Of a stretch of DNA of 64,000 nt, positions 59,244 through 64,000 are shown piece by piece (within the stretch, counting starts at the first letter, position 1; each line of letters opens with the position of its first letter). The notes beneath the pieces are model-generated. The model did no database searches, was not told where the DNA came from, and saw only the letters and a program-made list of their open reading frames with translations. This DNA is from Pseudoflavonifractor capillosus (GTDB taxonomy: Bacteria > Bacillota > Clostridia > Oscillospirales > Oscillospiraceae). The stretch spans positions 23,256 to 87,255 of the forward strand of contig NZ_JACJJE010000007.1 in NCBI RefSeq assembly GCF_016899775.1, written 5' to 3'. The position numbers and the translations under genes were made by a program.

Positions 59244-61253
59244 ATGTCCAAATTTGTAATCGAATGTCCCAACTGTGGGAAATACGCGGAGGCCAAGACG
59301 GGCTTCTTTGCGCGAAAGAAGATCGACTGTTCCTGTGGGTACACCATCGACGTGCGCACCGACAAGATGACCGCCCGGAAGTGCCCCCACTGCGGAAACG
59401 AGGTCATCTTTGACCAGTCCAAGGGGGAGAAGGCCAAGTGTCCGGTGTGCCACGAGCCCATCAACACCCAGGCGGAACAGAACAAAGTGGAGGAGTTCTC
59501 CTGCGCCCAGTGCGGCGTGCGGCTCCAGGCCAGCAAGAGCGCCCGTACATACACCTGCCCCGTCTGCGACTGTGTGAACGACGTGCAGGAGCGCATCATG
59601 GCTGAGAAGGTCAAAAAGGAGGGCCTGGCCAGCATCATCAAGTACGAGGGGGACAATGAGACCCTGGTGTGGAAGCACCCCATCGAGGACTTCAACATGG
59701 GCTCTCAGCTCATCGTCCATGAGAGCCAGGAGGCCATCTTCTTCCGGGACGGCCAGGCCCTGGACCTGTTCGGGCCGGGCCGGTACACCCTGGAGACCCA
59801 GCAGCTTCCCATTCTGGAGAAGCTCTATGAGCTGCCCACAGACGCGGAGGGCACCTTCCACTCCGAGGTCTACTTCATCAACAAGACCGTTCAGATGTCC
59901 ATCAAATGGGGGACCCCGGACAAGGTGCGCTTCATCGACCCCCTCACCAGCACGCCGCTGGAAATTGGCGCCTCCGGCGAGCTGAATTTACAGGTGCAGG
60001 ACGCCCGGAAACTGCTGGTCAAGCTGGTGGGCACCCAGAGCGGCATCGCCTGGGGGGACCAGGAGGGCTTCACCAAGTCGGTCCAGAGCTCCTTCCGGCC
60101 TCTCATCGTCAACACGGTCAAGACCAGCCTCCCCGCCGTCATCAAGGCCCAGCAGATCGACCTGCTGGAGATTGACGAGCGGGTGGACGAGATCTCCGCC
60201 GCCCTCCATGAGAAGCTGCTGCCCGGCTTTGAGGAGTACGGCCTGACCATCCCCCAGTTCTATGTGACCCATGTGGTGCTGCCCGAGGACGACCCCAACT
60301 TCAAGCGCATCCGGGAACTGCACACGGTCATGCTCCAGACCCGTGTCTATCAGGCGGAGGCCACCGTCAAGACGGCCCAGGCCGAGAGCGAGGCCGCCTA
60401 CCGTACCGCCCAGGAGCGGAGCAAGGCGGTTATCGCCGCCGCCCAGCGTGAGGCGGAGCTGGAGCGCCAGACCACCGAGACGGAAGTGAAAAAGCGCGAG
60501 GCGGAGCGGACGGTCATCCAGGCCCAGGCGGAGGCACAGGCCGCCCGGATGGCCGGACTGACCGAGGCGGAGGTCATGCGGGCCAAGGGCTACACCGAGA
60601 AGGACGTGCTCCAGGCGGAGGTCCAGAAGGCCTACGCCGCCGGACTGGGCCAGATGGGGTCCAACGGCGGAGGCGGCGGCGCGCTGGGCGATATCGCCGG
60701 GCTGGGCGTGACCCTGGGGGCCATGGGCGGCATCATGGGCATGACCAAGGAGGCGATGTCTCCCATGTTTGGCGGCCAGACCCAGGAACAGAGCGCTCCC
60801 ACGGTCCCGCCCGCACCCGCGGCGGGCGGCTGGGACTGTGCCTGCGGCCAGCGGGGCATCACCGGCAACTTCTGTCCCAACTGCGGCGCAAAGAAGCCCG
60901 CCCCGGCGGACGCCTGGGACTGCGCCTGCGGGCAGACGGGGATCACCAGCAAGTTCTGCCCCAACTGCGGCGCAAAGAGGCCCGCTCCGGCGGATACCTG
61001 GGACTGCGCCTGCGGCCAGAAGGGTCTGACCGGGAAGTTCTGCCCGGAGTGCGGGGCCAAGCGGCCCGAGCCCGTCCAGCCGGATACCTGGGACTGTGCC
61101 TGCGGCCAGAAGGGCATCACCGGGAAGTTCTGCCCGGAGTGCGGGACCAAGCGCCCTGATCCCGCCCAGCCGGATACCTGGGACTGTACCTGCGGCCAGA
61201 AGGGTATCACCGGAAAATTCTGCCCGGAGTGCGGAAAGAAGAGAGGCGATTAA
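59244..61253 (+). CDS. SPFH/band-7 (stomatin-prohibitin-like, COG4260-type) protein with three N-terminal and five C-terminal zinc ribbons
   Basis: N-terminal CPNCG.../CPHCG.../CPVCH.../CAQCG...CPVCD. SPFH-like core (WKHPIEDFNMGSQLIVHESQEAIFFRDGQ...). Flotillin-like Ala/Glu coiled coil. Gly-rich hydrophobic segment. Five WDCACGQKGITGKFCPECGAKRP repeats. Confidence 0.7.
   Translation: MSKFVIECPNCGKYAEAKTGFFARKKIDCSCGYTIDVRTDKMTARKCPHCGNEVIFDQSKGEKAKCPVCHEPINTQAEQNKVEEFSCAQCGVRLQASKSARTYTCPVCDCVNDVQERIMAEKVKKEGLASIIKYEGDNETLVWKHPIEDFNMGSQLIVHESQEAIFFRDGQALDLFGPGRYTLETQQLPILEKLYELPTDAEGTFHSEVYFINKTVQMSIKWGTPDKVRFIDPLTSTPLEIGASGELNLQVQDARKLLVKLVGTQSGIAWGDQEGFTKSVQSSFRPLIVNTVKTSLPAVIKAQQIDLLEIDERVDEISAALHEKLLPGFEEYGLTIPQFYVTHVVLPEDDPNFKRIRELHTVMLQTRVYQAEATVKTAQAESEAAYRTAQERSKAVIAAAQREAELERQTTETEVKKREAERTVIQAQAEAQAARMAGLTEAEVMRAKGYTEKDVLQAEVQKAYAAGLGQMGSNGGGGGALGDIAGLGVTLGAMGGIMGMTKEAMSPMFGGQTQEQSAPTVPPAPAAGGWDCACGQRGITGNFCPNCGAKKPAPADAWDCACGQTGITSKFCPNCGAKRPAPADTWDCACGQKGLTGKFCPECGAKRPEPVQPDTWDCACGQKGITGKFCPECGTKRPDPAQPDTWDCTCGQKGITGKFCPECGKKRGD
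60831..61250 (+). repeat. five tandem ~84-90-bp coding repeats (zinc-ribbon units) inside the SPFH gene
   Basis: tgggactg(t/c)gcctgcggccagaagggcatcaccgggaagttctgcccggagtgcgg... repeated with minor variation. Confidence 0.6.
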
Positions 61254-61255
61254 AG

Positions 61256-63157
61256 ATGGCGGCGTTGCAATGTGAGATCTGCGGCGGAAAGCTGATTGGG
61301 AAGCCGGGAGGCGTGTTCGAGTGCGACTCCTGCGGCATGGAGTATTCCACCGAGTGGGCCAAGGCGAAAATCCAGGAGATCCGGGGCACCGTCCAGGTGG
61401 AGGGCACCGTGGAGGTCACCGGCACCGTCAAGGTCGAGGGCGGGGCCAACAAGGAGAGCCTTTTGAAGCGGGGATACCTGCTGCTGGAGGACGGCGACTG
61501 GAAGGGGGCCGATGAGTGCTTTGATCAGGTGTTGAATATAGCCCCGGAGTGCGCTGAGGCATACGTGGGAAGATACTGCGCAAAGTGCCGCTATAAGCGC
61601 ATTGCCGAAATGGCGGAAGATCCCCGAGGGTTTCAACGCGGCACAGCACTTCCAGGTATCCAGGATAATGTGAGTATTGACCCAATTCTGGATTATTTGA
61701 GCAACAACCAAAAAGGGAAAGCAATCTTGCAGTATCGTCAGCAAACAGGTGCTAGCCTGGCAGAAGCAAAAGCTGCTGTAGAAAAAATCGAATCGGTAAG
61801 TAGAGTTTCCGCAGGGACAAGTGATTTTGAAAAAGCATTGCGTTTTGCCTCGCCGGAGCTGCGTGCGCAGCTGGAGGGCTATCAGTCGGCTGCACTGCAG
61901 CAGACACAGAAAATACAGCGGCAGCGCGAGGAAGAGCGCCGTCAGGAGGAAGAGGCACGCCGTCAGGAGGAAGAGGCGCATCGCTTGCAGGCGGAGGAGG
62001 AAGCGCGCAGAGCGGAAGAACAACAGCGTCTTCTGGCGGAGCGCAGAGCGCTGATCCGCCCGGCAGCCTCCTGCATTTCCATAACGTACAGGAATGTGAT
62101 CGCGGTAAAGTCCGATGGTACGCTGCTATGGGCGGTAGAAGCCAGCTCTGACACTTCAGCCTGGAATCAGTATCGTGAGGCCGCACTGTCCTGGAAAAAC
62201 ATCTCGCAGGTGGTACTCGTTGGAAAGGGCAATACAAAGACTTTTGGTGTGATTGGGGTCCGTATGGACGGTTCCCTAGTATGGGCAGGGAAGAATCTGA
62301 GCTTTCTGGACGAGGATGTGTGGACCGATCTGACCGCTATGGTTTATACCGAGGTGGACAGAAGTCGCCGCGGTTATCACGACTATCACGATGTATTTGT
62401 GGGGCTCAAGAGAGATGGCCACATAATCCTGCACGTCACCGATGAAGACAAACTCGACTGGGAAATAGACAAGCTGAGAGAATGGGATAACCTGACAAAA
62501 ATAATCGGCGGGAAAAATTACATTGCCGGGCTGAAGTCGGATGGTACGGTAGTTGCCGAGGGACAATGGGAATTCACGCAGCTGTATCAGGCGGAAAGGT
62601 GGACCGGAATTGTAGATATTGCCGCTTGCGGAGAGGACATCATCGGCCTGAAAGAAGATGGAATCGTTGTTGTAACCGGGAAGACGTCCAGCGATCAGAA
62701 ACGGTATTCTGATTGGACAGAGATTGCCGCCTTGGCTTCCAGCGGATCAGATTCCATCAGTATAAAATTCGACGGCACAGTCATGGCTGATGGGCTTGGC
62801 AGTAAGAAATCAAAGGAACAGTTGTCGGCCTGGACGGATATTGTTGCAGTATTTGGAGACTGGACTTTCGTGGGCGTAAAAGCGGACGGTATGGTGGTCA
62901 CCACGAGCGACAAGTACGATGTGTCCGGCTGGAAGCTCTTCGACCGCATTGAGACCGTGGAGCAGGAGCGAAAAGAGGCCCAGAGGCGGTTTGAAGAGGA
63001 GGAGGCCCAGGCCCGCGCCCAGCGCCGCGCCGCCCTGGAGGCGGAGCGCACCGCCTTGCAAAACGAGCTTGCCAACCTGAAGGGCCTGTTCTCCGGCAAG
63101 CGCCGGAAGGAGATCGAGGCCAGATTGGCTGCAATCGCGAAGGAACTGGAGGAATAA
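61256..63157 (+). CDS. Zn-ribbon / TPR-like / beta-propeller-repeat / coiled-coil protein, paralog D (no TIR; L7/L12-CTD-like segment)
   Basis: MAALQCEICGG...CDSCG zinc ribbon. TPR-like ADECFDQVLNIAPECAEAYVG. ILQYRQQTGASLAEAKAAVEKIE segment. Propeller-like repeats. C-terminal LKGLFSGKRRKEIEARLAAIAKELEE. Confidence 0.6.
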   Translation: MAALQCEICGGKLIGKPGGVFECDSCGMEYSTEWAKAKIQEIRGTVQVEGTVEVTGTVKVEGGANKESLLKRGYLLLEDGDWKGADECFDQVLNIAPECAEAYVGRYCAKCRYKRIAEMAEDPRGFQRGTALPGIQDNVSIDPILDYLSNNQKGKAILQYRQQTGASLAEAKAAVEKIESVSRVSAGTSDFEKALRFASPELRAQLEGYQSAALQQTQKIQRQREEERRQEEEARRQEEEAHRLQAEEEARRAEEQQRLLAERRALIRPAASCISITYRNVIAVKSDGTLLWAVEASSDTSAWNQYREAALSWKNISQVVLVGKGNTKTFGVIGVRMDGSLVWAGKNLSFLDEDVWTDLTAMVYTEVDRSRRGYHDYHDVFVGLKRDGHIILHVTDEDKLDWEIDKLREWDNLTKIIGGKNYIAGLKSDGTVVAEGQWEFTQLYQAERWTGIVDIAACGEDIIGLKEDGIVVVTGKTSSDQKRYSDWTEIAALASSGSDSISIKFDGTVMADGLGSKKSKEQLSAWTDIVAVFGDWTFVGVKADGMVVTTSDKYDVSGWKLFDRIETVEQERKEAQRRFEEEEAQARAQRRAALEAERTALQNELANLKGLFSGKRRKEIEARLAAIAKELEE

Positions 63158-63160
63158 CAG

Positions 63161-63856
63161 ATGAAAAAGAACGCGATACGCTGGTGGGTCGTTCTGGGCG
63201 TGGTGCTGGTTGTCTACAACGTGCTGGCATTTGCCCTGCCCTTCCCGAAGACAGCAGTCTTTGCGGTGAGCTATCTCTTTACTATGATCGCCATTCTGGC
63301 ACAAATTTACGTCATCCGCACCGCTTTCTACCGGGGCGAGGGGGTCAAAAGCAAGTTCTATGGCTTCCCCATCGCCAAGCTCGGCGTGATTTACCTGGCC
63401 GTCCAGCTGATTGCGGGTCTGGTATTTATGGCGCTGGGGCTGATTGTTCCGGTCTGGCTGCCGCTGGCGCTGTACGTGGTGCTGCTGGGGATAGCGGCGG
63501 CAGGTTTTGTGGCCGCTGACGCGGTGCGGGATGAGGTGGTCCGGCAGGAGATCAAGCTGGAGAAGGACGTCTCCCGGATGCGGGAGTTCCAGGCCAAGGG
63601 GCGGGCCCTGGTCACGCTGAATCAGGTCTCTGAGGCGGCTCGCCCCCTGGAGAAGCTGGCGGAAAATCTTCGATTCAGCGACCCGGTGAGCAGTGAGGCG
63701 CTGACGGAGATCGAGGACCAACTGGCAGAGTGCCTCGCTCAGCTGCAGGAGGCGGTATCGGCCCAAAAGACAGAGCAGATCTTGTCCGTTTGCCAGGAGG
63801 CAGAGCGGATTTTGGCGGAGCGGAACCAGCTTTGTAAGTTGAGCAAGACCAAATAG
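63161..63856 (+). CDS. membrane protein (4 predicted TM helices + C-terminal coiled coil)
   Basis: 231 aa with hydrophobic segments at residues ~8-30, 35-55, 75-100 and 102-125. Starts 4 nt after the stop of paralog D. Confidence 0.5.
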   Translation: MKKNAIRWWVVLGVVLVVYNVLAFALPFPKTAVFAVSYLFTMIAILAQIYVIRTAFYRGEGVKSKFYGFPIAKLGVIYLAVQLIAGLVFMALGLIVPVWLPLALYVVLLGIAAAGFVAADAVRDEVVRQEIKLEKDVSRMREFQAKGRALVTLNQVSEAARPLEKLAENLRFSDPVSSEALTEIEDQLAECLAQLQEAVSAQKTEQILSVCQEAERILAERNQLCKLSKTK

Positions 63857-63885
63857 AATTGAGTTTACCTTTGCATCGTGGGCGA

Positions 63886-63921
63886 AAAAGCGAGCCAGCA
63901 CCCGTACGGGTGCTGGCTCGC
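63886..63921. terminator. GC-rich perfect hairpin downstream of the array
   Basis: GCGAGCCAGCACCC-gtac-GGGTGCTGGCTCGC, preceded by AAAAAGC. Confidence 0.35.
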
Positions 63922-64000
63922 TCCAGTCTGTCAAAGAACTCCTGTTTTCAAGAGATGAAAACAGGGATTTTGTAAGAAAAAGGGAAAAGAAAAGTGAAGG

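Noticed and set aside
51046-63157. CRISPR array or non-coding tandem repeat explanation for the periodicity in 51-63 kb
   Set aside because: The periodicity is at the protein level (40-aa propeller repeats and whole-gene paralogy). There are no short identical direct repeats with unique spacers and no cas genes.

Overview
GC-rich (about 60% in core genes) Firmicutes/Clostridia-like chromosomal segment. It carries several lower-GC accessory blocks. Read from start to end, the window contains: (1) a VTC-domain / DUF4956 / CotH cassette; (2) a lactate-utilisation-type cluster (GntR regulator, LarA-like racemase, GlcD/LctD-like FAD oxidase, acyl-CoA dehydrogenase, EtfB/EtfA), followed by decayed genes and a frameshifted HigB/HigA-like toxin-antitoxin module flanked by ~70-bp direct repeats; (3) SGNH hydrolase, TetR regulator and oleate hydratase; (4) a ~7-kb integrative element with two overlapping tandem tyrosine recombinases, an Xis-like gene and a replication-initiator-like gene; (5) a ~21-kb defense island entirely on the minus strand. 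That island holds an SF1 helicase with a DUF559 domain, McrC, a giant McrB with an EVE-like insertion, two paralogous nuclease–SF2-helicase–DUF3427 proteins bracketing MazG-like and NUDIX pyrophosphohydrolases, and a three-gene module (Zn-finger REase-fold nuclease, DinG-like Fe-S helicase, 851-aa protein) that matches the pPIWI-RE architecture; (6) an esterase gene; (7) a striking tandem array of four paralogous Zn-ribbon/TPR/TIR/beta-propeller/coiled-coil genes, interleaved with an SPFH (stomatin-like) protein that carries eight zinc ribbons and with two membrane proteins. Three diverged copies of an unclassified ~300-nt non-coding element were also found. Each ends in a tRNA-like T-arm/acceptor-CCA module plus an intrinsic terminator, and each sits at the junction between gene blocks. 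No rRNA, canonical tRNA or CRISPR arrays were found. Function calls rest on recognisable motifs in the supplied translations; no database search was possible.
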